Assembly (NCBI GenBank): GCA_000438195.1
Contig: FR903078.1
Coordinates: 73,845-137,844, forward strand
Length of the DNA stretch: 64,000 bases
DNA from: Mycoplasma sp. CAG:776
GTDB taxonomy: Bacteria; Bacillota_I; Bacilli_A; RF39; UBA660
Direction: 5' to 3'
The position numbers and the translations under genes were made by a program. The notes beneath the pieces are model-generated. The model had not been told where the DNA came from. It searched no databases and was given only the letters and a program-made list of their open reading frames with translations. How positions within the stretch are numbered: the first letter of the stretch is position 1; every line of letters starts with the position of its first letter. Shown piece after piece: positions 26,040 to 35,363 of this stretch.

Positions 26040-28087
26040 AACTCTCCTAGACGAATAATCTTTGTAAATTTATCCTCAACATTTTTATGGGTAACATAAA
26101 TTAAAGTATTATTTTTAAAATACGTAAAAATATTGTCTAAAATTTCTTTTTCCATATTAACATTCACTTCACTTAATGCTTCATCTAAGATAATTATCTT
26201 AGCCTTTTTTAGCAAGGCTCTTGCTAGAATAATCCTTTGCTTTTCTCCTCCACTTAAGTTATTTAGAGAAGCATTTATAATAGTGTTATATCGATTTGGT
26301 CTTTTATTTATGATTTCTTCTAATTTACAAATTTTACATACTTGTTTAAATTTTTCATCTGAAATATTTCGGAAGCATATGATATTCTCGCGAATTGTTC
26401 CTGTAAAAAGTTTTTCATTTTGGCCTACATATAGGATATTTTCTCTGATAGCTTTTAAACTATAATCACATTCACTCGTATTATTAAATTCTATATTTCC
26501 AGAATAAGTGCCTAAACTTCGATAAATAAGTTTGCAGATGGTACTTTTACCACTTCCCGATGGACCACTTAACAAAACTTTTTCTTTACTTTTTATAGCG
26601 AAATTCACTTTATTTATTATTTTATTAAATAAATCATAAGAATAAGTTAAGTCTTTTACTTCAATATTTGGATCTATTAAATGCTTTAACCCTCCTTGTT
26701 CTTTTTCTATTTCAGTTGCTAAAAATTCACTTAATTTACTAAATGAGGCTTTTAAATAATTATATTTTGGCATTAAATCAACTAATTTCTTTACTGGATT
26801 AAATAAATAGAGAATAACACTATTAAAAGTAACTAAACTTAATAGTTCTAATTCCCCTTTATAAATTAAATAAATTCCTAAAGTTGTAATCATAAATAAT
26901 CCGACTTCATAAATAAAATTCTTCAATAGTTCAATTATATTTAAAATGCTCATAAAAGAAAAATTGCTTTTTAGCATTAATATTAATTTATTTTCAATTC
27001 GGTATATAAATTCTCGAACTAAATTTAAATTTTTAATACTAAAATTCATGTCTACATTTTCAATTAATGTTGTGTTGAAATTTGTTGTTGTTTCTATATT
27101 CTCTTTTACTTTATGATAGATCACTTTACTAAATAAAAGTCCTACTATTAAATAAATAATAATTATAAAACAAAGAAGAAAAAATAATTTACTATTTATT
27201 AAAAATAGTGTTACTATCGCACCAAATATCAAAATCGTATTTAAAATTAAGGTAGCAAAAATTTCAGAAAATAAATTTTTTGTATTACTTAATTCATCAA
27301 TTCTGGTTACTATTTCTCCAGTTGTACGATTTTGAATAAATTTCAAAGGGAGTTTAAATATATGCTCTAAGAACATAGAAAATAATTCGGTGTCTAGATT
27401 TTTGTTAAGATAATTGAGGTAATAGGTTTTTATATAATTTATGATAATTTTAAAAAGAAGTATAATAAAAAAGAGAATTACGATAAATTTAATGAATTTA
27501 GCTTCTTGCCCTTCTTGAATACAAGATATACTTATTTGAAAATAAAAATTTCCAATTATGGTTAAAAGCATTAAAACAATATTAGTAATTATGATTTTTA
27601 AAAACAAATATTTATGTTTTATTAATAATTTACCAAATAATCCTACTATGGAAAGTTCTTTGGTATATCTTAATATATTATTACTAGGTGTTGCTAATAT
27701 TAAAATGTTATCCCAAATATTCAGAAATTCCTGAATTAACATTTTTACTTTTCCTTTAGCCGGGTCCATAAGATAAACATATTTTTCGTTTGCTTTATAG
27801 ATTACTACAAAATGTTGTAGCCCATTTGTTAGTTGAACATGAGCTATAGCAGGGAAATAAATATTTTCGTCTAAAATGTTTTCTGCTTTTACTCCAATCG
27901 CATCAAATCCATAACCACATAAAGCTTTTATTATATGAAATGCTGTTGTTCCGTTCATATTTGTACAAGTATCATCCCTTACTTTCTCTAATGGAACATA
28001 GCCACCATAATACTTTAAAATGGATTCTATACAACAAGCGCCACAATCTTTTAAATCACGTTGTTTTACTACTTCTATCTTAGGCAT
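26033..28087 (-). CDS. Bacteriocin-processing ABC exporter with N-terminal C39 peptidase domain
   Basis: 684 aa; C39 catalytic Cys in QRDLKDCGACCIESILKYYGG, with His (LQHFVVIYK) and Asp (YLMDPAKG). Six TM helices. Walker A GPSGSGKST, signature LSGGEKQR, Walker B IIILDEALS. Confidence 0.92.
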   Translation of the reverse strand: MPKIEVVKQRDLKDCGACCIESILKYYGGYVPLEKVRDDTCTNMNGTTAFHIIKALCGYGFDAIGVKAENILDENIYFPAIAHVQLTNGLQHFVVIYKANEKYVYLMDPAKGKVKMLIQEFLNIWDNILILATPSNNILRYTKELSIVGLFGKLLIKHKYLFLKIIITNIVLMLLTIIGNFYFQISISCIQEGQEAKFIKFIVILFFIILLFKIIINYIKTYYLNYLNKNLDTELFSMFLEHIFKLPLKFIQNRTTGEIVTRIDELSNTKNLFSEIFATLILNTILIFGAIVTLFLINSKLFFLLCFIIIIYLIVGLLFSKVIYHKVKENIETTTNFNTTLIENVDMNFSIKNLNLVREFIYRIENKLILMLKSNFSFMSILNIIELLKNFIYEVGLFMITTLGIYLIYKGELELLSLVTFNSVILYLFNPVKKLVDLMPKYNYLKASFSKLSEFLATEIEKEQGGLKHLIDPNIEVKDLTYSYDLFNKIINKVNFAIKSKEKVLLSGPSGSGKSTICKLIYRSLGTYSGNIEFNNTSECDYSLKAIRENILYVGQNEKLFTGTIRENIICFRNISDEKFKQVCKICKLEEIINKRPNRYNTIINASLNNLSGGEKQRIILARALLKKAKIIILDEALSEVNVNMEKEILDNIFTYFKNNTLIYVTHKNVEDKFTKIIRLGELC

Positions 28088-28241
28088 CTATTTTCCTCCC
28101 TTCACTACTATTTATTACCCCTTTTTTATTCATTTCCTTTATTTTTTTAGAATATGGGTTCATATTTTAAAAGGAGTTCCACCGTTCGACAATTTTTGCA
28201 TTTTTTTTGGATATACTATACAACTCGAAAGGAGGAATACT

Positions 28242-28691
28242 ATGCAAGATGGCATGTTAATTTCAAAGCTTAGATCAGAGCACAATCTATCACAAAAAGA
28301 TATGGCACGATTTCTTAAAGTAACTTTATCATCTTATAAACTTTATGAAGCCAATATTCGACCAATGAGAATAGAAGAATTAAATCAACTTAGTAATTAT
28401 TTTAAAATTTCTTTAAATACTTTACTGGGATTAAGTAAGAATATAAATGAATTTGGTCCGTTTGATCTTGATTTTAAATATTTGAAGTTTAGTCTAAAAT
28501 ATGTACGTAAAATACATAGAGTTACTCAGCAAGAACTGGCAAAAGAATTTAAAATTTCTATCCCAACTATTCATCGATATGAGAGTAATCCACAGAATTT
28601 AAAAGTAGATTATTTACATTTCTTTGCTACTAAATTTCATGTATCAATTGATTATATTTGTGGTAAAACACTCAAAAAAGAAGTACTCTAA
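28242..28691 (+). CDS. Tandem (double) XRE-type HTH transcriptional regulator
   Basis: 149 aa from ATG 28242 (RBS AAAGGAGG). There are two HTH_3-like repeats (NLSQKDMARFLKVTLSSYKLYE..., VTQQELAKEFKISIPTIHRYE...), each ending in a S(L/I)(N/D)(T/Y).(L/C)G motif. The track ORF from 28020 adds an implausible N-terminus. Confidence 0.8.
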   Translation: MQDGMLISKLRSEHNLSQKDMARFLKVTLSSYKLYEANIRPMRIEELNQLSNYFKISLNTLLGLSKNINEFGPFDLDFKYLKFSLKYVRKIHRVTQQELAKEFKISIPTIHRYESNPQNLKVDYLHFFATKFHVSIDYICGKTLKKEVL

Positions 28692-28693
28692 GA

Positions 28694-29851
28694 TTATTTG
28701 AGTACTTCTTTTAATAAAACTTCATCATCTTTAAATAAATTATATTTTTTTACTATAAATCTAAATATCACTTTTAATAAAGCAATGCATGGTGTTGCAA
28801 TAATCATACCAACAATACCAAAGTAATGCGCAAATACTAGTAACCCAATCATAATTGTTACAGGATGTAGATGAGTTGTTTTGCTCATCACAATTGGTTG
28901 TAAAACATAATTTTCTAATAATTGAACTACTACACAAATGATTAAAACTGCAATTCCTGTAATGGTTCCTTGACTAAAGCCTACAATAACTGCAGCCGCT
29001 CCACCAATGTATGGTCCAATATATGGAATTAAATCGGTTAAGCCACAGAATAATCCGAATAATAACGGTGCATTTAATCCTGTTATTGCAAAACCAATTG
29101 TATCACCTACAAATACCATAAACGCGACTAAAAGAGTTCCACTTATGGTCTTTCTTACTTCTTTGCCAATATCAGTTATTAATACTTCAATTTCATATTT
29201 ATTCTTGTTTGGTACTAATTTTAGAAAATGCTTTGTAATTGCGTCAAAATCAAACAACATATATAGACCAATTACTAAACTTATTAAAATAGTTCCTAAT
29301 CCAGATGCCAGACTTCCTAATATTCCTATTAATGACGTTGGAAGAGAATTAGTAAAGTTAATTAAATAGCCACCTACGCCATCAAATAAATTATCTTTAA
29401 ATCCTGTTAAATCTATGCCACTAATAGATATTTGATTAATAAAATCATCTATAAAAGTACTAAATTTGTCCAAAATAGATGGAAGAGTTGCAATTAATTC
29501 GTTAATTTGCGTATATAAAGTTGGAACTAACATCCTTAAAAAGAAATAAATAAATAGTAAAAATACAGTATATACTAGTAAACTTCCTACGATCCGAGGA
29601 ATTCCTTTTTTATTTAACTTCTTGACAATGGGATTAAATAACCACGCAATGACAAATCCAATAAATAATGGAGCTAAAACTTTAAGAAAGGTCAAAAGAA
29701 TATTCCAAACATTTAAATTTTTTAGAATAATTGTACCACACAAAACAATTGCTACTATCATAACAATATATAATAATTTTAAAATCTTTTTAGTTAATGA
29801 TACAACTTCATTTACTTCTTTATTGTCAATTTCCTTAAAGTTTTTCTTCAT
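28694..29851 (-). CDS. AI-2E family transporter (PerM/YhhT-like permease)
   Basis: 385 aa; 8 TM and the typical C-terminal motif LIPYIGPYIGGAAAVIVGF...LENYVLQPIVMSK. Confidence 0.85.
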   Translation of the reverse strand: MKKNFKEIDNKEVNEVVSLTKKILKLLYIVMIVAIVLCGTIILKNLNVWNILLTFLKVLAPLFIGFVIAWLFNPIVKKLNKKGIPRIVGSLLVYTVFLLFIYFFLRMLVPTLYTQINELIATLPSILDKFSTFIDDFINQISISGIDLTGFKDNLFDGVGGYLINFTNSLPTSLIGILGSLASGLGTILISLVIGLYMLFDFDAITKHFLKLVPNKNKYEIEVLITDIGKEVRKTISGTLLVAFMVFVGDTIGFAITGLNAPLLFGLFCGLTDLIPYIGPYIGGAAAVIVGFSQGTITGIAVLIICVVVQLLENYVLQPIVMSKTTHLHPVTIMIGLLVFAHYFGIVGMIIATPCIALLKVIFRFIVKKYNLFKDDEVLLKEVLK

Positions 29852-29852
29852 A

Positions 29853-30383
29853 TTAAACCCTCATTAATTCTGTTTCTTTTTCTTTAAATATCTCATCTAT
29901 TTTCTTATTATATTCGTTTACTTGTTCTTGTATGTCATTTAAAAATGTTTTTTCTTCATCTTCTGGTAATTCTTGCTTTTTTATTTCAGTATTTGCATCT
30001 TGTCTAATATTTCTTAGAGCTACTTTGGCTTCCTCACATACTCCTTTGGCCATTTTAACATATTCTTTTCTTTTTTCTTCTGTAAGCTCTGGAACCGTTA
30101 AAATAATCATTTCACCATTGTTTACAGGGGTAATACCAATATTTGCTTCATTAATTGCCCTTTCAATTTCTTTTAACGCACCTTTGTCAAACGGTTTAAT
30201 CATTAAACTACGTGCTTCTGGCACAGTAATATTGGCTAGAGATTGAATTGGAGTAGGTACTCCATAATAACTAGCATTAATTCCATTTAACATAGCTGGG
30301 TTTGCTCTTCCAGCTCTAATGTTTAATAGTTTATTTTCTAAACTTTCAATTGTTTTTTTGAACTTTAATTCTGTTTCGTCCAT
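29853..30383 (-). CDS. frr: Ribosome recycling factor
   Basis: 176 aa; IRAGRANPAMLNGI...YYGVPTPI...ITVPE, PELTEEKRKEYVK. Confidence 0.93.
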   Translation of the reverse strand: MDETELKFKKTIESLENKLLNIRAGRANPAMLNGINASYYGVPTPIQSLANITVPEARSLMIKPFDKGALKEIERAINEANIGITPVNNGEMIILTVPELTEEKRKEYVKMAKGVCEEAKVALRNIRQDANTEIKKQELPEDEEKTFLNDIQEQVNEYNKKIDEIFKEKETELMRV

Positions 30384-30458
30384 ATTTTTAATATTCCTCC
30401 TAAAATTGATTTTATACTATCATTATACTTAAGTTCTTATACTTTTACAAGTATAACC

Positions 30459-30962
30459 TTATTCTAAAGTTTCTATATATTCTAAAAAACTGACCATGTT
30501 TTTTTGTTCTACACCTCCTGGTATTCCAGCTATGAATTGATTATTTTTAAAAGCAAGAATAACTGGTGTGAAATTTATATAGTTCGTTATATCAGGATAG
30601 CTAGTAAGTAGATCCTGATAAGCTAGTGTTTTTTCTATACCGCTTTCTTTTTCTAAATAATAAAGATTAAACTTATAAACATCTTTTAAATCGGATAATA
30701 TAGTGCTTATTTTTTTAGTTGCTTCTTCTTCTTCCTTTCCTATAAATATTAGAATAGTTTCTTCTTCCTCTATGATATTTTTTAGTTCTTCTATAGCAAC
30801 CTTTTTGGCATAAGATATATCAAATTCATAAATCTGCTCTATATTTTGCTGTTCCGTTTCTGATGTTTCTACATTTTCTTTAATAAAAAATAATTCATAA
30901 GTTATAAATATTACTATCCCTATTACAATGGTAATTAAGCTAGTTAACAATAATCTTTTCAT
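30459..30962 (-). CDS. Membrane-anchored thioredoxin-fold-like protein lacking CxxC
   Basis: 167 aa; N-terminal TM. Pattern ...ILIFIGKEEEEATKKIS...FTPVILAFKNNQFIAGIPG...MVSFLEY resembles a Trx fold with the redox site replaced. Confidence 0.5.
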   Translation of the reverse strand: MKRLLLTSLITIVIGIVIFITYELFFIKENVETSETEQQNIEQIYEFDISYAKKVAIEELKNIIEEEETILIFIGKEEEEATKKISTILSDLKDVYKFNLYYLEKESGIEKTLAYQDLLTSYPDITNYINFTPVILAFKNNQFIAGIPGGVEQKNMVSFLEYIETLE

Positions 30963-31546
30963 TCTAAATATTCCTCAAACATTGAATTAAATAAATTATA
31001 TTTGGCACCTGCTCTATACTCGTTCCAATAAATTTCTGGTGTTAGATTTCCCCTTATAAAAGCTGTTTCATTATCAAATGCTATTACTTTACCATCTTTT
31101 ACTATTACTAGAGTTGGAGCATATATCTCTTGAGTACCATCATCTAATGTTATTAAATAATTTGATAAATTTAAAACTATGCTTTGATAAGTTGCATTAT
31201 GATTTTCCCGATCTTCATAAAAATCATAATATAATATCTCTTTTATTCCTGCATCTTTGGCAGCCTCATTTAAAATATTGGCATAATAGCCACTCCAAAC
31301 ATTTTCTGGATATCCCATAAAAATAATTGCATCTTTTTTTAATTCGGTAGAAACTTCTACAGCGTTTACATACTTGAATACATTTTCTTTATTTACATTA
31401 ACATAGTCTTGATCAAATTTTTCATTATCCACTACTACTTTTTTGTCAAAATCTCTTGTTCCTATTACAATAAATCCAATTATAATTGCTATGAACGTTA
31501 ATCCTTGTAATACTCTTTTTATTTTCTTCTTCATGTTTTTCACCAC
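30959..31546 (-). CDS. Membrane-anchored thioredoxin-fold-like protein lacking CxxC
   Basis: 195 aa; N-terminal TM. ...AIIFMGYPENVWSGYYANILNE...APTLVIVKDGKVIAF... parallels the CxxC paralog at 52522-53115. Confidence 0.5.
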   Translation of the reverse strand: MVKNMKKKIKRVLQGLTFIAIIIGFIVIGTRDFDKKVVVDNEKFDQDYVNVNKENVFKYVNAVEVSTELKKDAIIFMGYPENVWSGYYANILNEAAKDAGIKEILYYDFYEDRENHNATYQSIVLNLSNYLITLDDGTQEIYAPTLVIVKDGKVIAFDNETAFIRGNLTPEIYWNEYRAGAKYNLFNSMFEEYLE

Positions 31547-31646
31547 ACTTTTATTATAGCATTTTCGTTCTATAAAATTAAGAAAAAACCTTTTCTTCTG
31601 TTAAATAAATGTATAGAAAAAAGAAAAACTCTTCTACCAAAGAGTT

Positions 31647-32519
31647 TTACTTAATTTGATTCATTACTTCTTCAGCAAAGTTTTCATTTCTTTTTTCCAT
31701 ACCTTCGCCTACTTCATAACGAATCATTGTTTTAATCTCACCATTATTTTTTGCAACATAATCTTTAACGCTTACATCGCCATCTTTTATAAATGGTTGC
31801 TCTGTTAAACAGATTTCTTTATAGAATTTTTTAATTCTTCCTTCTACCATTTTTTCAGCTATGTCTGCTGGTTTTCCTTCAGAAATAGCAAGTTCTTTTT
31901 GTACTTTTCTTTCATTTTCAAGTACTTCCTCAGGAACATCTGCTGGAAAAACATAACTTGGGCGCATTGCTGCTGATTGCATAGCAACATCTTTAGCTAC
32001 ACTCTCATTTGCTCCTTTTAATACTGTTAATACAGCTATTTTTCCACCCATATGTAAGTATGAGCCAAATACTTCATCATCATTTTTTTCTACTACTTCA
32101 AGACGACGTAATGATAATTTTTCACCAATTTTGGCTGTTTTAGCAATAACTAAATCTTCAATTGTTCCTTCATCAGTATTTACTTTTAAAACATCTTCTA
32201 AAGACTTGGCATCACTCTTTAAAACAGCATTACCAATTGTATCAATCATACTAGTAAATTCTTCATTTTTACTTACAAAGTCTGTTTCGCTATTTACTTC
32301 TAAAATTACAGCTTTATTTCCATTTATATAGATATTTGCAAGTCCCTCAGCAGCGATACGCGATTCTTTCTTAGCACTTTTAGCAATACCTTTTTCTCTT
32401 AGCCAATCAATACTTGCAGTAATATCTCCATTACATTCATTTAAAGCTTTTTTGCAATCCATCATTCCAGCTCCGGTTTTTTCACGAAGCTCTTTTACCA
32501 TTGCGGCAGTAACTTCCAT
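31647..32519 (-). CDS. tsf: Elongation factor Ts
   Basis: 290 aa; N-terminal UBA-like AAMVKELREKTGAGMMDCKKAL and dimerisation domain motifs. Confidence 0.95.
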   Translation of the reverse strand: MEVTAAMVKELREKTGAGMMDCKKALNECNGDITASIDWLREKGIAKSAKKESRIAAEGLANIYINGNKAVILEVNSETDFVSKNEEFTSMIDTIGNAVLKSDAKSLEDVLKVNTDEGTIEDLVIAKTAKIGEKLSLRRLEVVEKNDDEVFGSYLHMGGKIAVLTVLKGANESVAKDVAMQSAAMRPSYVFPADVPEEVLENERKVQKELAISEGKPADIAEKMVEGRIKKFYKEICLTEQPFIKDGDVSVKDYVAKNNGEIKTMIRYEVGEGMEKRNENFAEEVMNQIK

Positions 32520-32541
32520 AATTATCCTCCTTATTATTTTA

Positions 32542-33486
32542 TTACTTTAATGCACTAATTAATTCATCTTTTTTCATTGTACTATAACCTTTTATACTAC
32601 GTTCTTTAGCTATAGCTTTTAATTCTGTTAAAGTCATATCTTCTAATGCTTTTTCATTTGATTCAGTTACTTCAACTTCTTTTTCTTCTACAACTTCAAC
32701 AGCTTTTGTTTCTTCTTTTCCTTTTGTTTCTTCTTTAATTAACTCATCCATTTTAATCTCTTTTGCTGACTTTTTATCCTCTTCTGTTACATAATCTACC
32801 ATTTCTAAATTACGAGATTCACAAATAGCATTATTAAGTACACCAAGAATTACTTTAACACTTCTAACAGCATCATCATTTCCTGGAATGACAAAATCAA
32901 CATCATCTGGATCACAGTTTGTATCTACAATACCAAATACTGGTATTCTAAGTTTTCTTGCTTCTCTAATTGCATTAATTTCTTTTTTAGGATCTACTAT
33001 AATTAAAGCATTTGGAAGTTTATTCATATCACGAATACCACATAAAATTTTATTTAACTTATCGTATTCTTTCTTTAATCCAATTACTTCTTTCTTTGGT
33101 AAAACATCAAATTTACCATCACGTTCCATATTTTCAATTTCTTCAAGTCTTTTTACTCTTCTTCTGATTGTTCTGAAATTAGTTAGTGTTCCTCCTAGCC
33201 ATCTTTCAGTTACATAATAAGACTTACTTCTTTCTGCTTCTTCTTTGGCAGCTTCTTGAGCTTGTTTTTTAGTTCCAACGAACAAGAAAGTACCTCCGTT
33301 ATCCGCAATTTTTTTCACTTCAACATAAGCTTCTTCAAGAAGTTTTGTTGTCTTTTCAAGATCGATAATATAAATATCTTCTCTTGCTCCAAAAATGTAT
33401 TCTTTCATCTTTGGATTCCATCTTTTTGTTTGATGTCCAAAATGAACACCTGCTTCTAATAAATAACTCATAGAAACAACGGCCAT
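32542..33486 (-). CDS. rpsB: 30S ribosomal protein S2 with a roughly 80-aa C-terminal extension
   Basis: The first ~235 aa are canonical S2 ([19 protein letters not shown]...). An acidic linker follows, ending in [31 protein letters not shown]. Confidence 0.95.
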   Translation of the reverse strand: MAVVSMSYLLEAGVHFGHQTKRWNPKMKEYIFGAREDIYIIDLEKTTKLLEEAYVEVKKIADNGGTFLFVGTKKQAQEAAKEEAERSKSYYVTERWLGGTLTNFRTIRRRVKRLEEIENMERDGKFDVLPKKEVIGLKKEYDKLNKILCGIRDMNKLPNALIIVDPKKEINAIREARKLRIPVFGIVDTNCDPDDVDFVIPGNDDAVRSVKVILGVLNNAICESRNLEMVDYVTEEDKKSAKEIKMDELIKEETKGKEETKAVEVVEEKEVEVTESNEKALEDMTLTELKAIAKERSIKGYSTMKKDELISALK

Positions 33487-33691
33487 AAATTATCCCATCC
33501 TTTCGTTTTTACCCTCTTAATATTTTCAAACATGATACACCACCACTCTTCGCGGCACTAGGCATATCACTAAATATTAATGTGTATTTGCAATTTATTT
33601 GCCAATAGTATTTTACTATACATTATATAAAAAAACAAGTAAATATTTACCTGTTTTTGATTTATTACAAATTAAAGAATGCTGCTTAACC

Positions 33692-34282
33692 TTAATGAAA
33701 CATCATTTTATCAATTGTATTTATATCAAAACTATTTTCATAAATATCTAAAATTCTACTTATCATTCTCGCTTCCTTTTTTTCTTCATCTGTGCCTGTT
33801 GTTACTTGAACACCATAGATCTTATAACTCGTAAAATTATTTTTACTTAGTTTTCCTAATTTAAATTCTTTTTTTATTAAATTAATTCCTCTTTCATAAT
33901 TTTTTAGTAATCTTGCAAAAGCTTTATCAGGATTGATAAATACTGCATAGCCATATTTGTTAGCTCCAATAGCAAAATCCGGACTTATTGAAATAAACTC
34001 TTCAATATTTATATCACCCTTTATATTACTAGTATTTGGAATATAAAATTGAGTAAAAGCATGATCTTTACTATATTTTGGTTTATTTATTTGCCATACT
34101 AAAAGAAGAGTTCCTAAAATAATTATAAAAATTATGCTAATTATTATCCATGTTGTTTTTCTTTCCATCTTTTGTTTTTTTATATAGATATCAGTAGCAT
34201 TAGATATAGAATTTTTTTCTTCGTTAGGGCTTTTTTCTTTCCCTTTTTCATGAACTAATTTTTTATTACCCATTTTTCTCAC
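33692..34282 (-). CDS. Membrane-anchored hypothetical protein
   Basis: 196 aa; basic N-terminus, one TM (WIIISIIFIIILGTLLLVW), then an extracytoplasmic domain. Confidence 0.6.
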   Translation of the reverse strand: MRKMGNKKLVHEKGKEKSPNEEKNSISNATDIYIKKQKMERKTTWIIISIIFIIILGTLLLVWQINKPKYSKDHAFTQFYIPNTSNIKGDINIEEFISISPDFAIGANKYGYAVFINPDKAFARLLKNYERGINLIKKEFKLGKLSKNNFTSYKIYGVQVTTGTDEEKKEARMISRILDIYENSFDINTIDKMMFH

Positions 34283-34371
34283 TTGCCTCTATTATATGAT
34301 AAATTTTTTCTCATTACAATTGACTTTTAGTAGAGTTTACAATTCTTTTTATGTTACAATAGATTCGTGAT

Positions 34372-34596
34372 GTGACTATGAAAAAATTTTTAATTAAATT
34401 AATTAGGCTTTATCAATCCATTCCTGGTGATATTCATAATCACTGTCGGTATTATCCTACTTGTAGTAATTATGCAATAGAAGCTTTAGAAGTTCATGGA
34501 TTTTTTAAAGGAAGTTTTCTAATGATTAAAAGAATTTTAAAATGCAACCCTTTTTCTAAAGGAGGCATTGATTTAGTACCTCCCAAGAAAAAATAG
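34372..34596 (+). CDS. yidD: Membrane protein insertion efficiency factor YidD
   Basis: 74 aa; LIRLYQ...[19 protein letters not shown]...[14 protein letters not shown] signature. Confidence 0.9.
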   Translation: MTMKKFLIKLIRLYQSIPGDIHNHCRYYPTCSNYAIEALEVHGFFKGSFLMIKRILKCNPFSKGGIDLVPPKKK

Positions 34597-35034
34597 CTAC
34601 TTTTTATAAATTAGATAATTAGCTAACTCAAAAATTAGTAACATCAAAATAATAATACCCAAAATAATAATACCTAATGTTTCATTTATTCCACTTATAT
34701 ATAATAAAGTTTCTAATATACATAAAATAATACATATGACTATTCCGAATATTAAATTTAAAATATTTTTTCTTCTTTTTATTTTTAATTGTTTGATAAT
34801 TATTTCTTCATTTGTTGTATCCTTTTTTTCTTCTCCAAGCAGTAAGTCTTTTAGTTCTACTTTTAATATATTTGATAAAGGAATTAGTAAATCAATACTA
34901 GGAAGTCCTCTACTAGTTTCCCATTTTGATATTGTTTTATTTGATACATATAACTTTTTAACTAACTCTTCTTGGGTTAGCTTTTGTTCTTCTCTTTTTT
35001 CTTTAATAAAATTTCCTATTTTCTTACTATTCAT
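34597..35034 (-). CDS. XRE-family HTH protein with C-terminal transmembrane helices
   Basis: Likely start is MNSKKIGNFIKEKREEQKLTQEELVKKLYVSNKTISKWETSRGLPSIDLL. Two C-terminal TM helices. The track ORF start at 35124 adds 30 aa of doubtful sequence. Confidence 0.7.
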   Translation of the reverse strand: MNSKKIGNFIKEKREEQKLTQEELVKKLYVSNKTISKWETSRGLPSIDLLIPLSNILKVELKDLLLGEEKKDTTNEEIIIKQLKIKRRKNILNLIFGIVICIILCILETLLYISGINETLGIIILGIIILMLLIFELANYLIYKK

Positions 35035-35157
35035 TTTTCTACCTTTTTTCGAACATAAGAATAGCAAATCTTTTTTCGTTTGTAAATCTACGGAAAGTAG
35101 AAGTCTTATTTTTTCTTTTTCCAAAATAAAAAAACCATATAGGTTTTCATAACTAAA

Positions 35158-35250
35158 TGGCGGAGTAGAGAGGATTTGAACCTCCGCGCCAGCATTCGCC
35201 GACCTAGATCCTTAGCAGGGACCCCTCTTCAGCCTCTTGAGTACTACTCC
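35158..35250 (-). tRNA. tRNA-Ser (anticodon GCT)
   Basis: 93 nt; acceptor GGAGTAG/CTACTCC, anticodon arm GGTCC-CTGCTAA-GGATC, long variable arm, T-arm GGAGG-TTCAAAT-CCTCT, encoded CCA. Confidence 0.9.
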
Positions 35251-35363
35251 ACTTCTTTTCAGTACTCTTTAATATTACACTAATTTTTTTTCTAAGTCAA
35301 TCATTTTTATTTATTTTGTATAGAATTTTAAATTTTTCTAATAATAATCTTAGGTGGAATATT

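Noticed and set aside
28020-28241. N-terminal 74 aa of the ORF-track entry 28020-28691
   Set aside because: This part overlaps the start of the divergent ABC exporter gene and its promoter region, and it has no HTH-related sequence. A strong RBS (AAAGGAGG) precedes ATG 28242, which gives a protein colinear with the two paralogs.
33487-33691. A locally GC-rich stretch (GTGCCGCGAAGAGTGGTGGTG on the minus strand) in the rpsB leader as a possible structured regulatory RNA
   Set aside because: I could not fold a convincing conserved hairpin or pseudoknot by eye, and I know of no matching Firmicute S2 leader motif. A covariance-model scan would be needed before making a claim.
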